Part shown: positions 19,205 through 27,881 of the stretch, in pieces
Position numbering within the stretch: the stretch's first letter is position 1
How the letters are laid out: every line of letters begins with the position of its first letter
Origin: Granulosicoccus sp.
Lineage (GTDB): Bacteria; Pseudomonadota; Gammaproteobacteria; Granulosicoccales; Granulosicoccaceae
NCBI GenBank assembly: GCA_020627685.1
Contig: JAHDGK010000007.1
Coordinates: forward strand, 27,612 to 91,611
DNA: 64,000 nt
Direction of reading: 5' to 3'
Made by a program: the position numbers and the translations under genes
The notes under the pieces: model-generated
Seen by the model: only the letters and a program-made list of their open reading frames with translations
What the model was told of the DNA's origin: nothing
Database searches by the model: none

Positions 19205-20280
19205 GACGTATGCTGGTTACCGGCGCAGCCGGATTTATAGGTGCCAATTTTGTTCGCTATTGGCTAGACACTTATCCCGATGACATTATTGTTGTTGTCG
19301 ATGCTATGACGTACGCCGGTAATCGTGCCAACTTAGAAGGTATCTTGTCGGAGCGTTGTTCATTGGTTGAGTGCGACATCAATGAAACTGAAACGATGAA
19401 ACAGCTGCTGCGTGAGCACAAGCTTACGACAGTGGTGCATTTTGCCGCCGAGAGTCATGTCGATCGATCAATCGAAGGGCCTGATGCATTTATTGAAGCC
19501 AATATCCTGGGTACTCACAGTCTTCTCAAAGCTGCCAGAGCTGTATGGCAGACGGAAGGCTTAGCACCGGATGAGCACAGATTTCATCACGTCTCAACCG
19601 ATGAGGTTTATGGCACACTCAGTATGGAAGATCCGGCATTTACTGAAACAACAGCTTATGCCCCTAATTCGCCATATTCTGCGAGTAAAGCGGCATCTGA
19701 TTTCCTAGTGCGTTCTTATCATCACACGTATGGCTTGAATGTCACGACCAGTAATTGTTCGAATAACTATGGCCCGTACCATTTTCCCGAAAAGCTGATT
19801 CCACTGATTATTATTAACTTGCTTCATGGCAAGGCCTTGCCCATCTATGGTGATGGTAAAAACATCCGCGATTGGTTATACGTCGAAGATCATGCTCGGG
19901 GTATTGAGAAAGTACTTAATAAAGGGCAGATAGGCGAAACGTACAACATTGGAGGTGTCAATGAATGGACCAACATTGATATCGTCAATTTGATTTGTAA
20001 GCTTATGGATAACCGGTTTGCTGATAACGCAAATCTTCAAAGTGCTTATCCCGATTGTCCTGCCTCTAAACAGCAGCAGTGTGACTCACTGATTACGTAT
20101 GTCACCGACAGGGCCGGCCATGACTTTCGCTATGCCATAGATACGCAGCGTATCCGCGATGAGCTCGGCTACGAACCCGCGGTGTCGTTTGAAGTGGGAA
20201 TAGAAAAGACCTTGGATTGGTACTTGGACAACCCAACGTGGTGGCAATCAGTCTTAGACGGTAGCTACAGAACCGCGTAA
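19201..20280 (+). CDS. rfbB: dTDP-glucose 4,6-dehydratase
   Basis: TGAAGFIG, HFAAESHVDRSI, HHVSTDEVYG, PYSASKA and RDWLYVEDH motifs. Confidence 0.96.
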   Translation: MRRMLVTGAAGFIGANFVRYWLDTYPDDIIVVVDAMTYAGNRANLEGILSERCSLVECDINETETMKQLLREHKLTTVVHFAAESHVDRSIEGPDAFIEANILGTHSLLKAARAVWQTEGLAPDEHRFHHVSTDEVYGTLSMEDPAFTETTAYAPNSPYSASKAASDFLVRSYHHTYGLNVTTSNCSNNYGPYHFPEKLIPLIIINLLHGKALPIYGDGKNIRDWLYVEDHARGIEKVLNKGQIGETYNIGGVNEWTNIDIVNLICKLMDNRFADNANLQSAYPDCPASKQQQCDSLITYVTDRAGHDFRYAIDTQRIRDELGYEPAVSFEVGIEKTLDWYLDNPTWWQSVLDGSYRTA

Positions 20281-20298
20281 TTGCTAAACCGCATTTAC

Positions 20299-20320
20299 GG
20301 GCATCGCTTGTGCGATGCCC
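20299..20320. terminator. Hairpin between convergent rfbB and chrR
   Basis: GGGCATCGC-TTGT-GCGATGCCC. Confidence 0.6.
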
Positions 20321-20326
20321 TTGATT

Positions 20327-20986
20327 CTAGATTCCGACGAAAGGTTGCATAATTTTGCCGAACAACCCGTTGTACTTAACAGGGGAGTGCGAGGCGATTA
20401 ACGCGATACAAGGCTCATCCGTGTCGACGACCGGTTGATGGGCAACTTCTCCATCCAAGTCTGCAATATCGCCGGCTTTGAACCTTCCGATTTCATCTTG
20501 ATAAGAGCCCTTAACGACATAGGTGAGCTCTCTATCGTTATGAGAGTGAGCGCTTAAAACAACACCCGGCGCCAAGTGCAGGAGCTTGAAAGCTCCCATT
20601 CTTCGATGTTGTTCGCTGAGATTGATTTGTTTGATGCCAGGGGCGATTCGGCGCCAATCCAATTCGTCCAGTTCTGCGGGGAGAAACTGAGCCAATGGTC
20701 TGGGAACATCTTTGAATGAGCGCTTGGGCTGCGGCGTGACCTTTGGCGCATGAGAGCCGGATAACAGGCTCGCTTGCTTGAGTAATTGCTCAGGTGTTTG
20801 CGCCATGGGCGCTGCTTCGAACTGATCGAACATTTCTCCGCCGATTTGATCGGCGAGAGTCGCTCTGTCCCGGCAATGCTGGCAAACCGTCAAGTGGCAA
20901 GCCACAAGTGTTTCCATCGCCACGCTAAGGCTGCCGACCGAATAGTCTTGAAGGGTTTCATCGGTCAAATGATGCGACACGCTCAT
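20327..20986 (-). CDS. chrR: ChrR-family anti-sigma factor (zinc anti-sigma domain + cupin)
   Basis: HHLTDETLQDYSVG...CHLTVCQHC zinc-binding motif and HSH..RELTYVVKGSYQDE cupin; directly downstream of the ECF sigma gene. Confidence 0.92.
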   Translation of the reverse strand: MSVSHHLTDETLQDYSVGSLSVAMETLVACHLTVCQHCRDRATLADQIGGEMFDQFEAAPMAQTPEQLLKQASLLSGSHAPKVTPQPKRSFKDVPRPLAQFLPAELDELDWRRIAPGIKQINLSEQHRRMGAFKLLHLAPGVVLSAHSHNDRELTYVVKGSYQDEIGRFKAGDIADLDGEVAHQPVVDTDEPCIALIASHSPVKYNGLFGKIMQPFVGI

Positions 20987-21017
20987 ACAATACTCACTTT
21001 ACTGTTTTGTTGGCTCA

Positions 21018-21632
21018 TTACAGGTTTCCGCCATCGCTTTGCAGACTAATCCTTACGGCTTGCATGGCGAGTCGGATTCTTGATTTAACGGTGCCAATCG
21101 GAAGATCTAACCATTTGGCAATGGCACCGTGGCTCTGGCCACGGAAATACGATAAATGCATGACCTGCCGCTGCTCATGCGGCAATTTTTCTAAAGCTTC
21201 GTTCAAGCGGACAGCTGCCTGCTCATCATCGACGTACTTTTCCTGCGAGTCAGATTCTGTGTTGTCGACATCGAGCATTTCGTCGTCCAGTTCCACCTCG
21301 ATTCGGGAGTTCCCGCGAAGGTAGTCAATACGCCGGTTTCTGGCAATGGTGAAAAGCCACGTGCTGGCAGCGGCTTTTGCAGGGTCATAGCTCTCAGCTC
21401 GCCGCCAGACGGTGATCATAATCTCCTGGGTCAGTTCTTCGGAGATCTCCTCCGTCATGCCTTTCCCCATGAGGAACGACTTCACGCGGCCGGCGTAGTA
21501 GCTGTAGACGTCGGCAAACGCAGCTTCGTCCTTGCGTTCCCCGATAGCGACCAGATTGTCACCCATGCGTTTACGCAAGGCGGCCGCATCGTCATTGCGC
21601 TGCTTCGGTTGAGTTGTTGCTGAAGTATTCAT
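21018..21632 (-). CDS. rpoE: ECF sigma factor, ChrR-associated sigmaE type
   Basis: Region 2 (EELTQEIMITVWRRAESYDP.KA.ASTWLFTIARNRRID) and region 4 (LPIGTVKSRIRLA); paired with chrR. Confidence 0.92.
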   Translation of the reverse strand: MNTSATTQPKQRNDDAAALRKRMGDNLVAIGERKDEAAFADVYSYYAGRVKSFLMGKGMTEEISEELTQEIMITVWRRAESYDPAKAAASTWLFTIARNRRIDYLRGNSRIEVELDDEMLDVDNTESDSQEKYVDDEQAAVRLNEALEKLPHEQRQVMHLSYFRGQSHGAIAKWLDLPIGTVKSRIRLAMQAVRISLQSDGGNL

Positions 21633-21644
21633 GCTTATTTAGTC

Positions 21645-21671
21645 ATACGCTACTTAAAATCGCGTGGATCT
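21645..21671 (-). promoter_or_regulatory. SigmaE(ChrR)-type promoter for rpoE-chrR
   Basis: Minus strand reads AGATCC-N15-GCGTAT, matching the TGATCC...CGTA type recognised by this sigma group. Confidence 0.65.
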
Positions 21672-21696
21672 GATCTTTATGCATTCTGCCTGCGTA
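21671..21696 (+). promoter_or_regulatory. SigmaE(ChrR)-type promoter for the FAD-oxidoreductase/DUF1365/cfa operon
   Basis: TGATCT-N15-GCGTA on the plus strand. Confidence 0.65.
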
Positions 21697-21737
21697 GCAT
21701 TTTACTGTGTTCAACACGATAGAGTAGACTCTTCGCC

Positions 21738-23081
21738 ATGATTCAAGATCGCAGATTGCATATAGTTGTTGTCGGCAGCGGGGCGGCCGGATTATCGGCA
21801 GCTTGGCTTCTGTCAAAGCGGCACCGCGTCACGTTATTGGAAAAAGATGACCGTCTGGGCGGGCATGCCCACACAGCAACGGTCCCAGGCGATGAGGGGC
21901 GAAAAATCGATACCGGCTTTATTGTTTACAACGAGCCCAGCTACCCCAATCTCACCGAATGGTTCAAAACCATGAACGTGGCCACAGAAGACAGCGATAT
22001 GTCGTTTGCGGTTTCCAGAGACAGCGGAAGGTTCGAATATGCCGGCGGACCTGCGCTAGGATTGCTTGCGCAGAGAACCATGCCCTTCAAGCCGAGATTC
22101 TGGCGGATGCTCAAGGATCTCCTGAGGTTCTACCGCGAAGCGCCAAACAATATCCCTGAAAATTCGGAATTGTCGCTGGGGGATTATTTGCAGCAGCAAG
22201 GCTATTCGAGGGACTTCATACAGGATCATTTACTGCCGTTTGGTGCGGCGATTTGGTCGACATCAAAAACCCGTATGCTCGACTATCCGGCAGCCTCCTT
22301 TATCCGCTTTTGCGAGAACCATGGGCTACTTAAAATAACCGATCGCCCACAATGGCGTACGGTCACGGGTGGCAGCGAACAGTACGTGAATGCCGTAAAA
22401 CAATCATTGGGCGAGGACTCCGTTGTTGTTAATTTTGCGGTGAGCAGTATTGAGCGTCACGATGATCACGTGGTCGTTCGAGACCGAGCGGGGCAGGAGA
22501 TAAGTGCTGATCATGTTGTCATAGCCGCACACGCCGATCAGGCGCTTGAATGTCTAGAGACGCCGACTAACGATGAAATAAAATTACTTTCAACATTTGA
22601 ATATGAATCGAATCTGGCCATTCTTCATACGGATACCAGTGTGATGCCGAAGCGACGCCGGGCGTGGTGTAGCTGGAACTATGTTGAAGATACGGGTGAT
22701 GATCATTCACAGGTTTCCCTGAGTTATTGGATGAATAAACTGCAGAACATAGACTCTGATACTCAGTACATGGTGACGCTCAATCCGTCAGTGCCCCCGC
22801 CGGCAGAGACTATTCTGCGTACTCAGGTATATCAACACCCCATCTTTACTGCCGAAACCTGGGATGCCCAGCAAGCTCTGTGGTCGTTGCAGGGTAAAAA
22901 CAGAACCTGGTTTTGCGGAAGCTACTTCGGCTCAGGATTCCATGAAGATGCCGTGCAAGCCGGGTTTGCAGTTGCAGAACAATTGGGTGGTTTGCAAAGA
23001 CCCTGGCAGGTGGATAATCCTTCGGGCCGCATTGTCGTACCAGCGCCCATCCTGAGTGAAGTACGCAAGGCTGCCGCGTGA
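21738..23081 (+). CDS. FAD-dependent amine-oxidase-fold oxidoreductase (UfaD/RSP1091-like)
   Basis: VVGSGAAGLSAAW, RLGGHAHT, DTGFIVYNEPSYPNL, DMSF and FCGSYFGSGFHED motifs; operon with DUF1365 and cfa-like genes. Confidence 0.85.
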   Translation: MIQDRRLHIVVVGSGAAGLSAAWLLSKRHRVTLLEKDDRLGGHAHTATVPGDEGRKIDTGFIVYNEPSYPNLTEWFKTMNVATEDSDMSFAVSRDSGRFEYAGGPALGLLAQRTMPFKPRFWRMLKDLLRFYREAPNNIPENSELSLGDYLQQQGYSRDFIQDHLLPFGAAIWSTSKTRMLDYPAASFIRFCENHGLLKITDRPQWRTVTGGSEQYVNAVKQSLGEDSVVVNFAVSSIERHDDHVVVRDRAGQEISADHVVIAAHADQALECLETPTNDEIKLLSTFEYESNLAILHTDTSVMPKRRRAWCSWNYVEDTGDDHSQVSLSYWMNKLQNIDSDTQYMVTLNPSVPPPAETILRTQVYQHPIFTAETWDAQQALWSLQGKNRTWFCGSYFGSGFHEDAVQAGFAVAEQLGGLQRPWQVDNPSGRIVVPAPILSEVRKAAA

Positions 23082-23836
23082 GATTTAAGAGTTGTCTTTA
23101 CTCCGGGCAGGTTTTCCATCGAAGAAACCGACCCAAGCAACACGTGTTGAAGTATTCCGTTTTTACGTTGTTGCTTGATTTGTCCGAAGTTGAGTCACTG
23201 GATTCCTCGCTTTGGCTGTTCTCGCATAATCGATTCAATCTGTTCGGATTCCACGATACCGATTTTGGAGAGCTTGAAGATGAGCCTCTTGTTGGTTACG
23301 TTAATCGAAAGCTGTCTGAGGCGGGCATCGAAAAATCTCCATCGCGTGTCTTGTTGAGTTGCTATCCCCGAATACTCGGTTTCGTCTTCAATCCTCTGAG
23401 CTTGTTTTATTGTCTGGACTCCGACGGGAACTGCTTCGCGGTAGTTCACGAGGTTCATAATACGTTCGGTGAGAGGCACGCCTATGTACTGCCGGTATCC
23501 ACTGACGCGCAATCGTCAGAGTGGATAAACCAATCTGCTGATAAAGAGCTTTTTGTATCGCCATTTGCGCACATGAAAATGTCCTATCAGTTCCGTCTTA
23601 ACCAGCCGGATGAACGGCAGGTCATCGTAATAAGAGCTAACGATGAAGACGGATTACTGATAACAGCCAGTTATACAGCGAGTAAGCAGGAACTGACAGC
23701 CTCACGTTTGTTAAAATTTTTTATGGTGTTTCCGTTGCTGAGTGCAAAGGTTGTTCTTGGTATTCACTGGGAAGCACTTCGACTCTATATCAAAGGCGTT
23801 CCTTGGTTTAAGCACCAGCCTAAGGGTTCCAGCTAG
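23078..23836 (+). CDS. DUF1365 family protein (UfaO/RSP1090-like)
   Basis: GQVFHRR.RPKQH, PRILGFVFNPLS.FYC, EVHNTFGERH.Y and K...VSPF motifs; GTGA overlap with the upstream gene. Confidence 0.88.
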   Translation: MRFKSCLYSGQVFHRRNRPKQHVLKYSVFTLLLDLSEVESLDSSLWLFSHNRFNLFGFHDTDFGELEDEPLVGYVNRKLSEAGIEKSPSRVLLSCYPRILGFVFNPLSLFYCLDSDGNCFAVVHEVHNTFGERHAYVLPVSTDAQSSEWINQSADKELFVSPFAHMKMSYQFRLNQPDERQVIVIRANDEDGLLITASYTASKQELTASRLLKFFMVFPLLSAKVVLGIHWEALRLYIKGVPWFKHQPKGSS

Positions 23837-23868
23837 AACACAATATAACGCCACCAAATTACATCACA

Positions 23869-25122
23869 ATGTCTGAGTTAGAAAACCAACCTATTGGCCC
23901 GTCTATGCCGTTAGCCTATCGCTTACAGCAGAGTCTGGGCAGTATCATCGGGCGCAGATTCGATCGGCTGCTCGATGGTATTTCCGAGGGACAGCTGAGT
24001 GTCACCTGGCCTGACGGGCACATTTCACGTCACGGTAATGCTCACGATGATCCTTCGCAGAACGCCCACATCGTGCTTAATAATTTTAAGCCGATCAAAC
24101 AGATGATTCACTCGGGTGAAAACGGATTTGCCGAAAGCTATTTAAGAGGTGATTGGAGTACGGACAGTCTACGAAATTTGTTTACGGTCATCATGAATAA
24201 TGAGGACGCGGTCTCCGCTATGACAACCGGTGGAAAATTTTCGCGTGTGATGAATGTGCTACGGCATGGTCGTAACCGAAATTCAGTGGAAGGCAGTCAA
24301 CGCAACATCGAATTTCATTACGATCTTGGCAACGACTTTTACCGCCTATGGCTTGACCCTTCCATGAGTTATTCTTCGGCATTATTCAGCGACGATGAAT
24401 CACTTGAGAGCGCACAAGACTCGAAACTCATGCGGGTTGTTAATGCGCTCACTCCGAAACCCGATGCGCGAGTGCTGGAGATAGGATGTGGTTGGGGTGC
24501 CATGGCTAAAAAACTAGCGGATGAAACAGCCTGCCACGTTGAAGGTATTTCCTTGTCACATGAACAACTCAGTTACGCTCGTGAAAATAACAGCATCGTG
24601 AAGAACGAGCAATCAAGAGGTAGCACTGAATTCCGCCATCAGGACTACAGGCATGTGGAAGGTAAATATGACCACATCGTTTCCATAGAAATGTTTGAAG
24701 CCGTAGGCGAACAGTATTGGTCTACCTATTTTGCAAAACTCAATGAGCTGCTAGAGCAGGGTGGAACAGCCTTGCTACAAGTCATTACCATTGCTGAAGA
24801 TCGATTCGACGAATATCGTGCCAGTCCTGATTTTATTCAGCGCTATATTTTCCCGGGCGGAATGCTCCCGAGCAAAACCCATTTAAAAGAATTGATAGAC
24901 AATGCCGGTTTCGAATTGGTCGACACAGAATGGTTTGGTCAAAGTTATGCCATAACCCTAGAGCGTTGGCGTGAGCGATTTGAACAAGTCGCCAGAGAAG
25001 TTCAATCACAAGGGTTTGATGAACGTTTTATGCGTATGTGGCGTTATTATTTGAGTTATTGTGAAACCGGGTTCAAGTTTGAGCGAACGGATGTCGGTCA
25101 GCTGTTGTTATGTAAAAAATAG
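23869..25122 (+). CDS. cfa: Cyclopropane-fatty-acid synthase-family SAM methyltransferase (CfaS/UfaM-like)
   Basis: NI.FHYDLGNDFY.LWLDPSM.YSSA, VLEIGCGWG, SIEMFEAVG, FIQRYIFPGG and W.YYLSYCE motifs. Confidence 0.9.
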   Translation: MSELENQPIGPSMPLAYRLQQSLGSIIGRRFDRLLDGISEGQLSVTWPDGHISRHGNAHDDPSQNAHIVLNNFKPIKQMIHSGENGFAESYLRGDWSTDSLRNLFTVIMNNEDAVSAMTTGGKFSRVMNVLRHGRNRNSVEGSQRNIEFHYDLGNDFYRLWLDPSMSYSSALFSDDESLESAQDSKLMRVVNALTPKPDARVLEIGCGWGAMAKKLADETACHVEGISLSHEQLSYARENNSIVKNEQSRGSTEFRHQDYRHVEGKYDHIVSIEMFEAVGEQYWSTYFAKLNELLEQGGTALLQVITIAEDRFDEYRASPDFIQRYIFPGGMLPSKTHLKELIDNAGFELVDTEWFGQSYAITLERWRERFEQVAREVQSQGFDERFMRMWRYYLSYCETGFKFERTDVGQLLLCKK

Positions 25123-25163
25123 TTTCCGGCACGCTTGCGCTAGGAAATTATCGCTGCAGTATT

Positions 25164-27176
25164 TTATTCAGTTAGCAATGCAGCGACTTGCTGCCTAATG
25201 CTTTTCTCCTGAGCGCGACTAGATAATCCACTCTCATACTTCAATGGGGTATGACGGCGAATCCCCAAACGACAAATGGCAGCAAAGGTGTCGTGGGCAC
25301 TTCGATACCCTTTGACAAATTGATTCAATAACCGCAGGTCACTCTCTGGCACTTGTTCTGGCAGATCATGCTGATACGGTGAGGAGTTTGCGAATCGTTC
25401 ACGCCAGAGTTGATTATCGGTGTGAATATCGATAGCCGTCTGCAACACAGTGCTTATATCATCGCTATTCGATTTTAAAACTGCACTTGATGGCAGTGCG
25501 GTTCTTGGGTTTTTTCTAAACCCTTCATGAAACTCCTTATACCCGTTGCTCTGCCAAAAATTAACACTCACTGGGTCCTTGGTGAAGCTGGCGCCGATAG
25601 CGTCGATTCGCTCATCGCTGTTCACCGATGACAACAGGTGATGTTCTATCGCGTTTAAAAGTTTCGAACCCAGCCCGATTCTCCTGAAATTTTCGTGTAC
25701 CGAGATTCGTGTAACCCGTGCCAGTCGCTTTGACAAAGGCAATGAATTATTTGCGCATTGGGCCAGAAGTTGAGCGAGTAAATGGTGAGGTAAACGTCTC
25801 TGCTTATCAACGATAGCGCTATGAAGGGAGGCTTCAATTGCCGGTTCGATGCTCACGATAGCCACCGCGATAATGTCTGTAGCGTTGGTCGATTTCAATG
25901 CCCAGATTTGAATGTCAGGCCCGTCTAGCAGATGCTGTAGGTCTTTTACATTGGTTTGATAATGGGTATCGCGCAATAGTCCGTAGACGTTCTGCAATAA
26001 TTCTTCTGAGCTTGCTAAGGAACTCTGTTCTATTTGTACGAAATGAACACTGCTCTCTTCCAAGTCGTAAGGGGCTTGCTGCTGGATGTCGTCGTTTGAG
26101 CTTCCTCCTTTGGAGGAATTGAGAACCAGCCGGTCGATAAAATTTTCTATAGGATCGTTTTTACGCCATCGCCATGGATGAGCAGGGCTTAAATACAAAG
26201 GGCTGTCAAACGCTTCGCGCAGTTGTTTTGAAAAACGAGTTTGAAACGCACGGCCTGCGCTTTCATATCCTTCGACGGTTGTGCAGAAAACTAATTTGTC
26301 GTGCTTAAGTAGCAGCTCATGTAATACCTGGATCGGCAAGTTTGCGGCTTCATCCACCAGAACCACTTGATTGTCCTTGAGCGGTATCGCCGCTGCTGTT
26401 TGGAAATAACGGGTACTGGAATGGTCGGTCTGTCGATGAAACGACGTAAGGGCTGTTTTGTTGAGAGCAGTTACACTGTAGGTACCGGCCGATGCGTGAA
26501 TTCGGTTGGCAATTCTTGCCAAAAGTGATGTTTTGCCTCGACCTCTTTTGCCGACGATTGAAACGCAAGCCCTGTCAGAATTCGTCAGATGGTCATAAGC
26601 CTCTTTTAACAATCGATCCTGTTCTTCTGATGCTGATTTGGCGGGGTTTGGTGTGAATTTGTTATCCGTTGTTTTATGCGCTGCGGGCATTGGCATTGTC
26701 GAAGCCGAAGCGTCCTCACTGACCTGCACCAGAACGATCTGCTCCGGGTGGTTGTGTTCGGCCTTATAAAGAAGTTTTTTGAATCGTTCGCTGAAATGGC
26801 TTGTATTGAAATCTTCTACCCTGCCTGTGCTATCGAACTTCTCTGCCTGCTGGGGTAGTGCAAGAACGAGGGTTCCCCCGTGAGTTAAGGTTCCGGCTAA
26901 AGCGGCCAGCAGGCCTGCATCCATCGGTTCATTGACCGCATGAGCCAGTATTTCGTGTTCTTGTCCTAAAAGTGCCGAGATTTGATCGGCTCGATCGGCC
27001 AATGTGTCTGCCGGGATGAATTTGATCTGAGCACTATGCGCGAAGGTTTCCAGCCAAAGCGGCGGCGCCATTTCGATGACGATCAGCACTCGATGTGGGT
27101 TACGGCAATCAGTTGTGAATCGATTGTCTATAATCTGGGCTAGATCACCCCGATTGCTGACAATTTGGCGTGACAT
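25164..27176 (-). CDS. tmcA: tRNA(Met) cytidine acetyltransferase TmcA-like (helicase + GNAT)
   Basis: ALAGTLTHGG, Walker A GKRGRGKT, VDEAA, FCTTVEGYE..GR.F, HYQTNVKDL and RISVH..FRR.GLGS motifs. Confidence 0.8.
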   Translation of the reverse strand: MSRQIVSNRGDLAQIIDNRFTTDCRNPHRVLIVIEMAPPLWLETFAHSAQIKFIPADTLADRADQISALLGQEHEILAHAVNEPMDAGLLAALAGTLTHGGTLVLALPQQAEKFDSTGRVEDFNTSHFSERFKKLLYKAEHNHPEQIVLVQVSEDASASTMPMPAAHKTTDNKFTPNPAKSASEEQDRLLKEAYDHLTNSDRACVSIVGKRGRGKTSLLARIANRIHASAGTYSVTALNKTALTSFHRQTDHSSTRYFQTAAAIPLKDNQVVLVDEAANLPIQVLHELLLKHDKLVFCTTVEGYESAGRAFQTRFSKQLREAFDSPLYLSPAHPWRWRKNDPIENFIDRLVLNSSKGGSSNDDIQQQAPYDLEESSVHFVQIEQSSLASSEELLQNVYGLLRDTHYQTNVKDLQHLLDGPDIQIWALKSTNATDIIAVAIVSIEPAIEASLHSAIVDKQRRLPHHLLAQLLAQCANNSLPLSKRLARVTRISVHENFRRIGLGSKLLNAIEHHLLSSVNSDERIDAIGASFTKDPVSVNFWQSNGYKEFHEGFRKNPRTALPSSAVLKSNSDDISTVLQTAIDIHTDNQLWRERFANSSPYQHDLPEQVPESDLRLLNQFVKGYRSAHDTFAAICRLGIRRHTPLKYESGLSSRAQEKSIRQQVAALLTE

Positions 27177-27881
27177 AATTGTTTTTGCTTCACATGTAAA
27201 CGGTCATTTATTGCGTAGACTACAATCATCGAAAGTGTGGTGACTTTCGTTATTCCTCCTCCAAGTGGTATTGAGGCATGGAGCCCACGGCGGCCAAGGA
27301 CGGCCAATTTTTTCAGCTGAAGCCGCGCTGATCATCTCCAGAAATTACATTTAATCCGGCCAAGGTGAGTAGTCTACACCGGCGGGTTCATCGATTTCCT
27401 CTCTGTCTCGTTAGCCGTATCCCGATCCTGGAAATTAATTTGTGTTCCTCTATACAGTTGGCACGGTGGATTGACGATTCAGTAGGGCGGCTTGCTGCAA
27501 CACGGTGACTTATTTCGCTATTGCAATAGTTTCGCGGTTTGTCTTAATTGTTAACAATTTCATAGAGATAAATATTCATATTCACGCTATGTTCACTCTG
27601 CTCGGTTTAATCTTTCCTAACTAACATTGAAATAAACCACCCATTGACTAACATTCGCAGTTGCGTGGCCTTTAACGTAGAAAAATCACAGCGATCGATC
27701 GCTTCCTTCGGGGGCTCTTTACAAGACCCGCAACGAAGCAAAGGTTTGTCTTTGCCGGATATTAATATTCTGAGCATTAGTGGTTGATGAGCCGGTGCTT
27801 CGTTGGGGCGCCAAAAGTAAGTTTCAGACTCTGCACCGATTCGTCGGTGTGGTACTAATAATTCAATAACGAGGATCAATT

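Noticed and set aside
27177-27881. Riboswitch or housekeeping RNA (c-di-GMP, TPP, glycine, SRP, 6S, tmRNA, RNase P), and ORF 27607-27879
   Set aside because: No consensus core was recognised by eye. The ORF lacks an RBS and any recognisable motif, and it lies over the fasciclin promoter region.
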